The translations under genes were made by a program, and so were the position numbers. This document shows, one piece after another, positions 53,890 through 64,000 of a stretch of 64,000 nt of DNA. Source of the stretch: a bacterium. Lineage in GTDB: Bacteria > Patescibacteriota > Minisyncoccia > Phycocordibacterales > UBA5272. The notes beneath the pieces are model-generated. The model searched no databases. It had not been told where the DNA came from and saw only the letters and a program-made list of their open reading frames with translations. Location: the NCBI GenBank assembly GCA_023267595.1, contig JAHFNB010000004.1:182-64181 (forward strand), written 5' to 3'. Position 1 is the stretch's first letter; each line of letters begins with the position of its first letter.

Positions 53890-55116
53890 TTAGCGTGTAT
53901 CTCTCATCGGCAATATATAGTACACACTTACAAGAAGTGCACATCCTAAGATTACAAAAATAAGTTGTGGTCTTTCAACAACAAGTGGTGCTATAGCAAA
54001 TCCAACAGTTCCTACAATAACAGTTCCCATGACTTGTGTTCCAGTAAACAGTGCAGTGAGTGATGCATCTTCTGGACCAATTTTTTTAAAGTAATAAGTA
54101 AATGCCATTGTTTCTACACAGGCTGCTCCAATACGAGAAGCAATAAAGATAAATACCCATGTAAGCGGATTTGAACTTGTCACAATGACACATAAAAATA
54201 CAGTGATTGCAAGAATAAGTAGTCCTCCTATCATAAGTTCTTTTTCTCCAAAGCGACTATCTGCTAGATAACCAAGTTCATAAGGAAGTACAACAAGGGG
54301 GATAAGTGCAAGAGGTAATATGTAGGTAAGATATGTTGTAAGAGAAATACCTATAGTTCCTAAATACAATGGAGAATAGATGATCATAACACCATAGAAA
54401 CAATTTACGAGAAGTGATGCAATCAGTGCTGCGCGAAGATTTTTATTTTTCCACGCAAGAGATAATGATTGGAGCATATCTGTACTGTGATATGCAGGAT
54501 CTTTAATATGAGAAAGATATTTATGAAGAAAGAATAGAAAAGGTACAAGCATTACTGCGGAAGTTATGTAGAGTATTTCAAAGGAAGCATGAGAGATGAT
54601 AGTTCCTCCAATAAGTGGTGATATGAGAATAGCAACATTTAAAAGTGCAAGGAATAATCCACGAATACTCCCTGTATCTGCATATTTACTAAAACTCTCA
54701 ATAAGAACATTTAAACATACATAAAGTAGTGCTTGGAGAATGAAATGTGCAATAAACATTAATCCTAAGATATAGACGTTATGAGTGAGGGCAAAAATTA
54801 CGGTGACAATAATTTCTGCAATAGTTAGTCCAAAGGTGAATGAATAGGTATGGAACTTTCTAATATGTTTTGAGACAGAAAGTGCAGCAATCAATGCTCC
54901 TGTACTCCCAAGGAGATAAAGAACACTTACAAATGATGTGTCAAAAAATTCATGGAGATACGTTGATGATGCGTACAGTGGAATACCATAGTGAAGTGCA
55001 TACAATATGGTAAGCATATAAGTAACAACGAGAAGTTTGTTACGAGTGATGGTATGCATGGGTATAAGTATACAGTGAGCAGTGAGCAGTAGCCAGTGGA
55101 ACAAAATCGAAACCAA
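53890..55116 (-). CDS. MFS transporter (12 TM)
   Basis: Twelve hydrophobic helices with a central loop. Confidence 0.6.
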   Translation of the reverse strand: MVSILFHWLLLTAHCILIPMHTITRNKLLVVTYMLTILYALHYGIPLYASSTYLHEFFDTSFVSVLYLLGSTGALIAALSVSKHIRKFHTYSFTFGLTIAEIIVTVIFALTHNVYILGLMFIAHFILQALLYVCLNVLIESFSKYADTGSIRGLFLALLNVAILISPLIGGTIISHASFEILYITSAVMLVPFLFFLHKYLSHIKDPAYHSTDMLQSLSLAWKNKNLRAALIASLLVNCFYGVMIIYSPLYLGTIGISLTTYLTYILPLALIPLVVLPYELGYLADSRFGEKELMIGGLLILAITVFLCVIVTSSNPLTWVFIFIASRIGAACVETMAFTYYFKKIGPEDASLTALFTGTQVMGTVIVGTVGFAIAPLVVERPQLIFVILGCALLVSVYYILPMRDTR

Positions 55117-55148
55117 AGGTTTCGATTTTGTTTACAGTACTACGTATT

Positions 55149-57029
55149 CTACACACTAATAATTACGGGAATGATTACAGGACGCTTTGCTGTCTTTTGA
55201 AGCAAGAATTTTGTCGTCGCTTCGGCAACATCTTGTTTCATTTGATCAAGATTCATGTATCCACCACGAGCAAGTGCGTCATCGATTACCTTCTTTGTAA
55301 GAAGTCGTGTTTGATAGAGGAGGTCTTGGGATTCTTTAAGGTATACAAATCCTCGAGAAATGAGATCAGGGGATTTTTTAAGCGTGTGAGTATGACTATC
55401 AATCACTCCAATAACGACGAACATTCCGTCTTCGGCAAGTGTTTGACGGTCACGCATAACAACATCTTGGATCTTTCCAACAGATGTACCGTCCACAACA
55501 ATCATTTCTCCAGGAGCAGTCTCTTTTAATTTAATAATTTTATTTCCTTCTTCTTGGATTTCAATAATCATTCCGTTATCTGGAATAAGAATATTTTCTT
55601 CCATCATGCCTAGTTTTCTTTCAATATCTGCATGTACACGTAACATATAGTGATATCCGTGAACAGGGATGAAAAATTTCGGATGAATCTTTCGGTGAAT
55701 CCACATGAGTTCATCTGCATTCGCATGTCCTGAAGAATGAACATCAGATGTTTTGTAGTGAATAAGATGTGCACCCTGTCGTGATAGTTTATCTTTTAAA
55801 TTTTGTACTGCTCGTTCATTGCCTGGAACTACAGAAGATGACATAAGTATTGTGTCACGTGGAGTAAGACGTACGAATTTGTGTACTTTATTTGCAATAC
55901 GACCGAGGGCTGCAAACTCTTCGCCTTGTTGTCCTGTTGCAAGAACAATTATTTTATTCTCTGGAAAACGAACCATGTCTTCGGTTGGTATAAGTGTTTC
56001 TGGTTTTACCTTGAGCATGTTTGCAAGTTTTGCAATCTCTACGTTTGTTTTCATGCTACGACCTTCAATTACCACTTTCTTTCCATACTTTTCTGCAGTC
56101 TCAAGCATAAAGAGCATACGTTCTACTTGTGAAGCAAATGTACTAATGATGAGACGTCCTGGAGCATCTTTAATAATATTTTCTATATTTTTGTATACAA
56201 CAGTATCTGAAATAGAAAATCCTGGATTCTCACAGTTTGTAGAATCTGCCATAAGGAGAAGTACTTTACGATCTTCAAATACTTTATAACGATCAACTTC
56301 ATCATCTGTTGGGATACCATCATTATGTTCAAGACGAAGGTCTCCTGTGTGAACAATATCTCCGTATGGTGTTTCTATAATTACACCCATAGAGTCTGGA
56401 ATGGCATGTGTTACACCAAAGAATCGTACTTTTAAATCACCAAAAGTAATTGCATCACCTTTTTCCACTACATTAATCGTAAGAGGGGATAAGTGAGGGA
56501 ACTCTTCTTGACGCTTTTTAATCATAAGTGATGTAAAAAGACGCGCATAGATTTGCGGGTTACCAATTCTTGGCATGATGTAAGGAATAGAACCAATGTG
56601 ATCGAGATGACCATGTGTTACTACAACACCTTTTATTTTATGTTTATGTTCTTCTAGATATCGTGTGTTTGGTAAAATAAAATCAATACCCGGTGTATGT
56701 GTTTCAGTAAATTGAACACCACAATCAATAATGACAATTGAATCTTTATATTCCACCATACTCATATTTCTTCCGATTTCTTCTACACCTCCTAGATGAA
56801 GAACGCGAATATCTCCATCTTTAAGAGGGGGAATATGGTCAGTTTCTCGTTTTGTTGAAACTGTTGTATCAAACTTTGGTCCTACCATAGAACGTGAAGG
56901 TCTATTATTTCGCATGCGATTACTACTGCGACTCGGCGCACGACGAAATGGCGCAGGAGGTGCTGGAGGAGGAGTTGCTCCTGTGACTTCTTCTTTTACT
57001 AATGGTGTTTTTGATGTGTCTGTGTTCAT
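55149..57029 (-). CDS. rnj: ribonuclease J (beta-CASP MBL-fold RNase) with an N-terminal Pro/Arg/Ser-rich extension of about 80 aa
   Basis: LGGVEEIGRNMSMVEY, HGHLDHIGSIPY and beta-CASP motifs. The N-terminal PPPAPPAPFRRAPSRSSNRMRNNRPSR is low complexity. Confidence 0.85.
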   Translation of the reverse strand: MNTDTSKTPLVKEEVTGATPPPAPPAPFRRAPSRSSNRMRNNRPSRSMVGPKFDTTVSTKRETDHIPPLKDGDIRVLHLGGVEEIGRNMSMVEYKDSIVIIDCGVQFTETHTPGIDFILPNTRYLEEHKHKIKGVVVTHGHLDHIGSIPYIMPRIGNPQIYARLFTSLMIKKRQEEFPHLSPLTINVVEKGDAITFGDLKVRFFGVTHAIPDSMGVIIETPYGDIVHTGDLRLEHNDGIPTDDEVDRYKVFEDRKVLLLMADSTNCENPGFSISDTVVYKNIENIIKDAPGRLIISTFASQVERMLFMLETAEKYGKKVVIEGRSMKTNVEIAKLANMLKVKPETLIPTEDMVRFPENKIIVLATGQQGEEFAALGRIANKVHKFVRLTPRDTILMSSSVVPGNERAVQNLKDKLSRQGAHLIHYKTSDVHSSGHANADELMWIHRKIHPKFFIPVHGYHYMLRVHADIERKLGMMEENILIPDNGMIIEIQEEGNKIIKLKETAPGEMIVVDGTSVGKIQDVVMRDRQTLAEDGMFVVIGVIDSHTHTLKKSPDLISRGFVYLKESQDLLYQTRLLTKKVIDDALARGGYMNLDQMKQDVAEATTKFLLQKTAKRPVIIPVIISV

Positions 57030-57042
57030 AATTGTAATGTTA

Positions 57043-58758
57043 TTAATGGATACTATTTTCCAATGATTGTATTAATGTTTTGTAATATGTCTTTGGCCAT
57101 ACATGCTCGGTATATTTGTACCATTCATGGACAAGGCTAAATCGTGACGAACTATCAAAACTATAAACGGGAAGTTTTGTATGTATAGTGTCATTGGTTA
57201 TATAAATAAGAGATGGCGCAAAAAGAAATATTCCTGGAGTTTCTTCAGAGAATTCTTTTTTAACTGCTTCGTATGCAGTGATACGTGCTAGTTCGTCTTC
57301 ATCAGTACGTAGTGTTTCAAGATTGGTGTCTAACTTCTTACTCACATAATTTGAAATGTTTAATCCTGGGTATGTTCTTTGTGAAGAATGCCAAAATGCG
57401 TAAAGGTCAGATGGATTCTGAGTAATAGAACCAAATAACAATGCTTGGAAGTCTCGTTCTTTTATTACGGATTGATTAAGATCAGATACTTCATAAACAG
57501 CAATCGTTGTATGAACACCAATTATTTCCCAATTTGCTTTTATCATTTCTGCAACCTTCTTCATTTCATCAGTGTTTGCTGTAGCAAGAGTGATATCAAT
57601 AGTACTCGATGCTTTTTTAAATGCTTTATTGGTAGATAAAAGTGCACGTGCTTGTGCAACATCATATGGAGAAGGGGTGATATCTTCATCAAAAGGATAT
57701 GGGTCATTGATTACCTTTCCATATTTATGGAGTACTGTGTCAACAATTGCTTGCTTATTAATTGCAAGAGAAAGTGCTTTGCGTACTTGTTTGTCAGACA
57801 AGATGTTTGCTTTATTTGGATTAAAGAAAATAGAAAAGGTTCGAGGAAGTAATGATGTATGAATACTATTTGTTGGTAGAGAAAGAGAGTCAACTTTTTC
57901 TGGTGAGATGCCGTGTATTCTATCTACGTCTCCATTTTCAAATGCTTGAAGCAGATACTTTTCATTTTGATATGTATCAATAATAACTGTATCTACATAA
58001 GGGCGATTAAGTGTATATGTTTTATGTGCTTCTAGAGTAAAGGTAACAGGGATACCAGAATTAGTCTTTATGTCAGTAATTTTATATGGACCACTACCGA
58101 TTGCATGAATATTAAAATCACTAAGACTAAATTGTTCCTCAGAAAGATTCTTCCAAACATTTTTTGGAAGAATACCAATGCTCAATATATCCATAAAAAG
58201 AGGAAATGGTTTTTTAAGAGAAAAAGTAAACTCATTATCATTTTGTTTTTCAATACTTACTCCTTCCCACTCAATACGATGAGGACTTTTTATATTTGGA
58301 TCTTGGATAAGAGAAATAGTATAGATGACATCATCACTTGTTACTTTTGTTCCGTTATGAAAATAGGCTGAAGATTTAAGTACTACGTCGTAGTGTAATC
58401 GATCATCACTTTCAGTAATTGATTCTGCCATATCAAGAACAGTTCGCCCAAGTTCATCTTTTTTGGTGAGTCCTGCATAAATAAGTGAGGTGAGATCCTT
58501 GTCTTGTTCACTGCTTGCAAGTACTGGGTTTATGAAGCGAGGAGTTCCAATAATTCCTTCATGAATCTTACCTCCATAGGAAGGAGTAGTGATGAGGAAT
58601 CTAGTATTAAAAATAATAAGTGCTGAAAAAATAAGTACTATAGAAAGAGATATAAGAGCCCACAATGCTAAAACATACTCTGGAGAAAGAGATGTGTAGA
58701 GAACACGTATATGATCACGTAATACTTTTATTTTTGAGATATAGTTTTGAGTGTCCAT
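57043..58758 (-). CDS. family-5 extracellular solute-binding protein (peptide/nickel SBP-like), N-terminally anchored; no adjacent permease
   Basis: N-terminal TM segment, then about 520 aa with an SBP_bac_5-like pattern. Confidence 0.55.
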   Translation of the reverse strand: MDTQNYISKIKVLRDHIRVLYTSLSPEYVLALWALISLSIVLIFSALIIFNTRFLITTPSYGGKIHEGIIGTPRFINPVLASSEQDKDLTSLIYAGLTKKDELGRTVLDMAESITESDDRLHYDVVLKSSAYFHNGTKVTSDDVIYTISLIQDPNIKSPHRIEWEGVSIEKQNDNEFTFSLKKPFPLFMDILSIGILPKNVWKNLSEEQFSLSDFNIHAIGSGPYKITDIKTNSGIPVTFTLEAHKTYTLNRPYVDTVIIDTYQNEKYLLQAFENGDVDRIHGISPEKVDSLSLPTNSIHTSLLPRTFSIFFNPNKANILSDKQVRKALSLAINKQAIVDTVLHKYGKVINDPYPFDEDITPSPYDVAQARALLSTNKAFKKASSTIDITLATANTDEMKKVAEMIKANWEIIGVHTTIAVYEVSDLNQSVIKERDFQALLFGSITQNPSDLYAFWHSSQRTYPGLNISNYVSKKLDTNLETLRTDEDELARITAYEAVKKEFSEETPGIFLFAPSLIYITNDTIHTKLPVYSFDSSSRFSLVHEWYKYTEHVWPKTYYKTLIQSLENSIH

Positions 58759-58799
58759 AACCTTAACCTTCTTTCATGGACTGTCTAGTACGTCTTGAG

Positions 58800-59021
58800 T
58801 TAACGAGCAATAAGCGGGTATGCAAGAGAAAGCACAAAAACTACTGCTACTATAATAGTAAGGCGGTGTAGTGACTTTTCTGCTCCACGCTTTTCAAGCG
58901 TTGCACCTGATCCTCCATCTGCACCGAAAGCACCTGATGCATCAGTGTTTGCTCGTTGTATTAAGACAAGAGCAATGAGGAGAATGGCTAGTATTAACTG
59001 CACAATAGACAGCAAATGAAA
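58800..59021 (-). CDS. secG: preprotein translocase subunit SecG
   Basis: 73 aa, two TM helices, LVLIQR...GGSG motif. Internal ATG chosen. Confidence 0.65.
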   Translation of the reverse strand, partial: FHLLSIVQLILAILLIALVLIQRANTDASGAFGADGGSGATLEKRGAEKSLHRLTIIVAVVFVLSLAYPLIAR

Positions 59022-59076
59022 CATGGGACTAGTATACCATAGGTGAATTATCCTCTGCAAATTAAGTACGGTCTCG

Positions 59077-62000
59077 TTATTGAAGTACTTTTACCTCATC
59101 AATTGCAATAGTTTTTTCTCCATTTCTTGTAGAGACTTTACCACGCATAATAAGGGGAGTGTCGAGTTTCAAGATACTTTTATAACGTTTATATATTTCC
59201 GGGAAAATAGCCACTTCGATAACACCTGTGTAATCACGTAATTTAACAAGTGCCATCTGGTCTCCTTTTTTGGTCATGGTAGTTTTTATAGTTTCTATAA
59301 TTATTGCGAGAGATACTTCTTTACCATCAGGAGTTTCTGAATGGACTTTTTCAATATCAATACCACGACTTTCAATTTTTTCTTTCCATGGATCAAGTGG
59401 AAATCCTGAAACAAAAAGTCCGAGCAATTCTTTTTCCCATGCTAATTTTTGTTCTGCGGTAACAGGGGGTGCTTTTTTCATAACAAATGTTGAGGTCTCC
59501 ATACCACCAAATAAACTATGTTGCATGATGTTGTCTTTTACAACATGTTTATGAAAACTTAAAATGCTATCCATATTAGCAAGTATCTCTCCACGTTCAC
59601 CTAATTCATCAAGTGCTCCACACATGGTGAGTGCTTCGATAGATCGTTTATTTAAGTTTTGGTGTGTGACACGGCGAATGAAATCTTCAAATGATATGAA
59701 CTTTCCTTTTTCGTTTCGTTCTTTAATAATTGCGTCTGCAATATCGCTACCTAGATTTTTAATGGTATAGAGACCAAAACGTATTTCTTCTTTACCGTTA
59801 TCATCTTCAACAATAGAAAATTCTCCCTGACTCATATTAATATCAGGTGGTAATACTTTTATTTTCATACGTTTACATTCAGAAACGATTTCTGCAATCT
59901 TTTCTATATCACCACTTTCATTAGTCATGATGGATGTCATGTAGGCAACAGGGAAGTTTGCTTTCATGTATGCTGTTTGGTAGGCAACACGTCCATAACT
60001 AGCAGCATGTGCTTTGTTGAATCCATATGCGGCGAATGGTTCGATAAGTGACCAAAGTAACTGGCTTTTCTTAGCAGAGAGACCATGCTCAACGAAACCT
60101 TTCAAAAGGTTTTCTTTTTGTGCTTGCATTTCTGCGGGAATCTTTTTACCCATTGCTTTACGAAGTGTATCTGCTTTAAGCCATGAGTATCCTGCTAAGT
60201 GAATAGCAATGAGCATCACATCATCTTGGTAAACAATGACACCAAATGATTGATCAAGAATTGGTTCTAATCTCGGATCCACATATGAAATAAGTGAAGG
60301 GTCATGTTTACGTTTTATATATTCAGGAATCATTTCAAGAGGTCCTGGACGATACAGTGCTACCATTGCATTTATATCAAATATAGTTGTTGGCTTTAAC
60401 TCTTTTAAAAATCGCGTCATTCCAGAACCATTTAATTGAAATAGTCCCATTGTTTCACCTCGAGCAAGCATGTCAAAAGTTTTCTGATCATCAAGAGGAA
60501 TCTCTTCTATATCAATATCAACGCTGTAGCGTTTCTTTGCAATTTTAATTGCGTCTCCAAGAATTGTTAAGTTACGAATACCAAGAAAATCAAATTTAAG
60601 CAATCCCGCGTCTTCAATAGTGTACATGTCATATTGTGTAATAATTTTCCCACCTTTTGGATCTTTTTGAATTGGTGTAAAGTCCCAAAGTGGAGAAGGG
60701 GAGATAACAGTGCCTGCAGCATGAACAGAAATATGACGTGCACACCCTTCTACTTTTTGTGCCATATCTAGAATAATTTGTGTCTCACGGTCGGTGTCAT
60801 ACATTTCCTTGAGTTCTGGAATGTCATCAAGCGCGCTTTTGATAGTAACCGGAAAGCCTTGTTTTGGCATTGGAATTAACTTACTAATTCTATCGCCTAC
60901 AATATAAGGGAATTTCATTGCACGTGCTACGTCACGCACTGCACCACGTGCCATCATCGTACCGAATGTTCCAATCTGTGCAACATTATCCATACCATAT
61001 TTTGCTCGCACATAGTCAAGCACTTCATCACGTCCTGTATCTGCAAAGTCCATATCAATATCAGGTGCAGAAGGACGTTCAGGATTTAAAAATCGTTCGA
61101 AAGGGAGTTTATATTCGAGAGGGTTACATTTTGTAATACGAAGAAGATATGTAGTAAGAGACCCTGCAACTGATCCACGAATATTAGTGAGTATGTCATG
61201 TTCTCGTGCATAGCGTAGTAAATCGTATACCACCAAGAAATATGGCGAGTACCCTTTATCCTTAATTACTTTTAATTCGTAGTCGAGACGTGTTTGTATT
61301 ATTTCATTTAATTCTAATCCTCTAATCTCTATACCTTTGTATGCAAGTTCACGAAGATCTTCATCGTAACTTTTTTTATATTCAATATTTGGAAACACCC
61401 ATGCACCAAGTGGTATTTTCAAGTCACATTTCTCTGCGATTTTTTCAGTATTTTCTAGTGCATCAGGTACATCAGAAAACATACCGTGTACTTCATTTTG
61501 TGAGAGAAAAGAAAAAGAATCTTTTTGAAAGAGATGATTATATGACTCAGTTGAATGCTCATCACCGTGTACAAGATAGAGTGTCTTATGTGCAGGCTTA
61601 TCTTGTTCTTGTAAATAATGTGTATTGCATGTAGCAACAAGGGGAGTATTTGTAGTCTTTCCATATTCTATAGTTTTTGTTCGCATAGTCTCTCCATGCT
61701 CCATAGATTTTTGAGGATTTATTTCAAGATAAAAATCCTCGCCAAAGTTTTCTTTGTAAAAGGCTAACCTCTCATCTGCTTCTTTTCTATTAATTACAAG
61801 AAGGTTACTAATATCACCCCAGACACCACCAGATAAAACAATGAGCCCTTCTTTATAGGTTGTGAGAATACTATCAGTTATTACAGGGGAGAGTGGATTA
61901 GTAACGTTTACAATAGAAGTAATACGCATCAAGTTTTTGTACCCTATAGTATTTTTTGCAATAAGGATGATTTGAAATACTCTGTCATTATATTGAAGAG

Positions 62001-62199
62001 AGTATTCCACACCTATAATAGGTTTAATACCTTTATCAAGACAGGTTTTATAGAACTCTATAGTGCCATACATATTACTATAGTCAGTAATAGCAAGAGA
62101 TGTCATTTTTAGTTGGTTAGCCTTTTTTATCAGATCTCCTACCTTGGGAAGTGCTTTTAAAAGGGAATAATGAGTATGATTACGGAGATGGACGAACAT
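59077..62199 (-). CDS. dnaE: DNA polymerase III alpha subunit
   Basis: N-terminal PHP domain (FVHLRNHTHYSLL) and a DnaE-type polymerase core; 1040 aa. Confidence 0.95.
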   Translation of the reverse strand: MFVHLRNHTHYSLLKALPKVGDLIKKANQLKMTSLAITDYSNMYGTIEFYKTCLDKGIKPIIGVEYSLQYNDRVFQIILIAKNTIGYKNLMRITSIVNVTNPLSPVITDSILTTYKEGLIVLSGGVWGDISNLLVINRKEADERLAFYKENFGEDFYLEINPQKSMEHGETMRTKTIEYGKTTNTPLVATCNTHYLQEQDKPAHKTLYLVHGDEHSTESYNHLFQKDSFSFLSQNEVHGMFSDVPDALENTEKIAEKCDLKIPLGAWVFPNIEYKKSYDEDLRELAYKGIEIRGLELNEIIQTRLDYELKVIKDKGYSPYFLVVYDLLRYAREHDILTNIRGSVAGSLTTYLLRITKCNPLEYKLPFERFLNPERPSAPDIDMDFADTGRDEVLDYVRAKYGMDNVAQIGTFGTMMARGAVRDVARAMKFPYIVGDRISKLIPMPKQGFPVTIKSALDDIPELKEMYDTDRETQIILDMAQKVEGCARHISVHAAGTVISPSPLWDFTPIQKDPKGGKIITQYDMYTIEDAGLLKFDFLGIRNLTILGDAIKIAKKRYSVDIDIEEIPLDDQKTFDMLARGETMGLFQLNGSGMTRFLKELKPTTIFDINAMVALYRPGPLEMIPEYIKRKHDPSLISYVDPRLEPILDQSFGVIVYQDDVMLIAIHLAGYSWLKADTLRKAMGKKIPAEMQAQKENLLKGFVEHGLSAKKSQLLWSLIEPFAAYGFNKAHAASYGRVAYQTAYMKANFPVAYMTSIMTNESGDIEKIAEIVSECKRMKIKVLPPDINMSQGEFSIVEDDNGKEEIRFGLYTIKNLGSDIADAIIKERNEKGKFISFEDFIRRVTHQNLNKRSIEALTMCGALDELGERGEILANMDSILSFHKHVVKDNIMQHSLFGGMETSTFVMKKAPPVTAEQKLAWEKELLGLFVSGFPLDPWKEKIESRGIDIEKVHSETPDGKEVSLAIIIETIKTTMTKKGDQMALVKLRDYTGVIEVAIFPEIYKRYKSILKLDTPLIMRGKVSTRNGEKTIAIDEVKVLQ

Positions 62200-62275
62200 A
62201 GTATGATCAGTATATCAGTAAGAAGAAAACAGAAGAAAATCAGTCACTAGCCTCGTATTGATATACTTATAAGAT

Positions 62276-62920
62276 ATGAATAAAGCAAAAAAGTATAAAG
62301 GAGTAATAGGTATAGATGAAGTAGGGCGTGGTCCACTTGCAGGGCCTGTTACAGTTTGTGCTATTTATATAGAAAATACAAAACTAGTTAAAAAAGATAT
62401 ATTTGAAGATAATATTAGAGATTCCAAGAAAATAAAAAAAACTACTAGAAACAGTATATATTTAACTATTAGTAAAAACAGATATTTAAAAACAAATATA
62501 AAGTATTCAATTTCTTCAGTATCTGCTAAGTATATTGATAAATATGGTATTCAAGCATCAATAAAGAAATGTGTAGATAAATCTTTATCTGATCTTAAGG
62601 CACTAGGTATTCTTATAGAGAAAATACCTATACATATGGATGCTGGTCTTGTTTCTAGTCATAAAAATCTTAGACAAAGTAATTTCATTAGAGGGGATGA
62701 GAGTTTTACGGAGATAGCACTTGCGTCTATTATGGCGAAAGAAGAGAGAGATATCTACATGCAAAAGTTACATAAAGTGTTTTCTAAGTATAATTGGCAG
62801 AAAAATGTAGGATATGGAACAAAAAAACATAGAGAAGCAATAGACAGGTACGGTATTACAAAATACCATAGAATCTCTTATTTAAAGGCTTTTAAACAAT
62901 TCGATAAAACAGATAATTAA
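62276..62920 (+). CDS. rnhB: ribonuclease HII
   Basis: GIDEVGRGPLAGPV catalytic motif, with a Lys-rich insertion. Confidence 0.85.
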   Translation: MNKAKKYKGVIGIDEVGRGPLAGPVTVCAIYIENTKLVKKDIFEDNIRDSKKIKKTTRNSIYLTISKNRYLKTNIKYSISSVSAKYIDKYGIQASIKKCVDKSLSDLKALGILIEKIPIHMDAGLVSSHKNLRQSNFIRGDESFTEIALASIMAKEERDIYMQKLHKVFSKYNWQKNVGYGTKKHREAIDRYGITKYHRISYLKAFKQFDKTDN

Positions 62921-63164
62921 AAATATCATTAAAATTGATAAATATTAGTATATTTTTACTTGTTTTTATCATGTAATTCTCTTATTTTAGTATATTTTTT
63001 GATGATCATAATTAGGTGTAAAAATATACACATTTTTTGATATCAAAATAATGATTTTAACGTTTTAAAATAAGGGTTTTTTGATTTGTATTTTATCCAC
63101 AACTTTTACCTATTTTATCCACCTTTTTAAGTGATTTTTTATTATACTTACTATATCAAATTGC

Positions 63165-64000
63165 ATGTTCGATTCTAGTTATAAAAATTTTCGAGTTTAC
63201 TTTTTTCTTGTCTATTTGATTATTTTCTTATTCTCACCCTTTTCTACGGTATTTGCATCACAAAGAACAGTACAATTTTTCAATACTTCAAGATCACTAG
63301 TAACTGCAAAATCTATATTTACACCATCAACATTTGTATGGCGAAATGTTTCCTTGTCTACCCATACCTTTACACATACACTTCCACAAAAAATTGCTTC
63401 ACAGGTCCCATCTCATTTTTTGTTTACAACACCAGTACTCGGATATATGCCTACCAAAATGGGGGGGTACGTATCTCACAATGATGTGGGAGATCTTTTT
63501 CGAGAAGACCCTTTATCTTTCTTAAATTCACCATTAAGTAAAAAAATATACTGTTCTCTTATTGCAAAAATATCTTCACTTACCATGTATGATTGTGGAG
63601 TTAGTAGCGAAACATTTGTTATTAAGAAAACACCAGAGATAAAGGATATAGAATTATTATATACACAACCACGCAGTGTAACTGTTGTAGGATTACCACT
63701 CTCTGATATAGGTGAAAAACTTTTCATACAACATGTTCCGCATGTGCTCACCAAAGAAACATTTTCAGATACAACAATACAAGAGTATACAAAAGAATTT
63801 GCTCTCAATGTTCCCCGCATTAGTCATATTTCTCTTTTACCAATTGCTCGGTATTCGAAGTTTGCTTTTGGTGGTGATCTTACACAAGCCGCAACAACAT
63901 TACGTACAAGTAACCGCTCCCTCCCACTCTTTGATCAACTCTCACTCTCAGTATTCTGTTCTCTCGCATCTCTTTCTACTTCTGTAGATACATCACGATG
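63165..64000 (+). CDS. partial CDS (5' end only; runs off the right edge) encoding a signal-peptide protein of unknown function; absent from the ORF track because it has no in-window stop
   Basis: About 278 codons, read manually, have no stop after the ATG at about 63165. The N-terminus FRVYFFLVYLIIFLFSPFSTVFASQ looks like a signal peptide. Confidence 0.55.
   Translation, partial: MFDSSYKNFRVYFFLVYLIIFLFSPFSTVFASQRTVQFFNTSRSLVTAKSIFTPSTFVWRNVSLSTHTFTHTLPQKIASQVPSHFLFTTPVLGYMPTKMGGYVSHNDVGDLFREDPLSFLNSPLSKKIYCSLIAKISSLTMYDCGVSSETFVIKKTPEIKDIELLYTQPRSVTVVGLPLSDIGEKLFIQHVPHVLTKETFSDTTIQEYTKEFALNVPRISHISLLPIARYSKFAFGGDLTQAATTLRTSNRSLPLFDQLSLSVFCSLASLSTSVDTSR

Overview
The window is AT-rich, gene-dense bacterial chromosome that reads in the standard genetic code: TGA is used as a stop, the tRNA-Trp anticodon is CCA, and long ORFs are uninterrupted. 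Most genes lack a Shine-Dalgarno sequence. The gene content is typical of a reduced-genome, probably Patescibacteria/CPR-like, fermentative organism: an alpha2-type GlyRS, a split transketolase with rpiB/rpe/fba/gap/PfkB-kinase sugar metabolism, a four-helix-bundle protein, and tandem T4SS-pilin-like paralogs. I cannot prove the taxonomy from this window.

Layout, left to right:
- 1-360: a truncated tRNA 3' end followed by 145-bp tandem repeats that reuse the tRNA 3' core.
- 0.4-7.9 kb: a cell-envelope/glycan cluster (epimerase, FAD oxidoreductase, polytopic membrane protein, GtrA, an HTH-XRE::MurA fusion) and mntH.
- 8-17.4 kb: trxB, then a minus-strand rpsU-ybeY-ftsA-ftsZ block, hisS, lepB, pth and rpsA.
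- 17.5-21.8 kb: gyrA and a methyltransferase.
- 21.8-25.7 kb: a secreted substrate-binding-like protein followed by four tandem paralogous two-helix pilin-like genes.
- 25.7-35 kb: glyQS, rpmG, tRNA-Trp with flanking tRNA-fragment repeats, gap, rpiB, rpe, split tkt, a PfkB kinase, fba and an EamA transporter.
- 35-45.3 kb: an HD hydrolase, tgt, uvrB, uvrA, a GC-rich non-coding island and a short uvrC.
- 45.4-49.5 kb: nrdA and nrdB.
- 49.5-50.6 kb: a promoter plus GC-rich terminator-containing leader in front of two hypothetical genes.
- 50.6-64 kb: a ddl-like gene, cupin, MutY-like glycosylase, rsuA-like, MFS, rnj, a family-5 SBP, secG, dnaE, rnhB, and an unlisted ORF that runs off the right edge.

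Most worth a second look: the pilin-like paralog cluster, the HTH::MurA fusion with its adjacent palindrome, the 30-bp perfect palindrome over a consensus promoter beside mntH, two GC-rich structured islands (43.6 kb and 50.4 kb), and the two tRNA-3'-end repeat scars.

Coordinates of features that are not in the ORF track are accurate to within a few bases.
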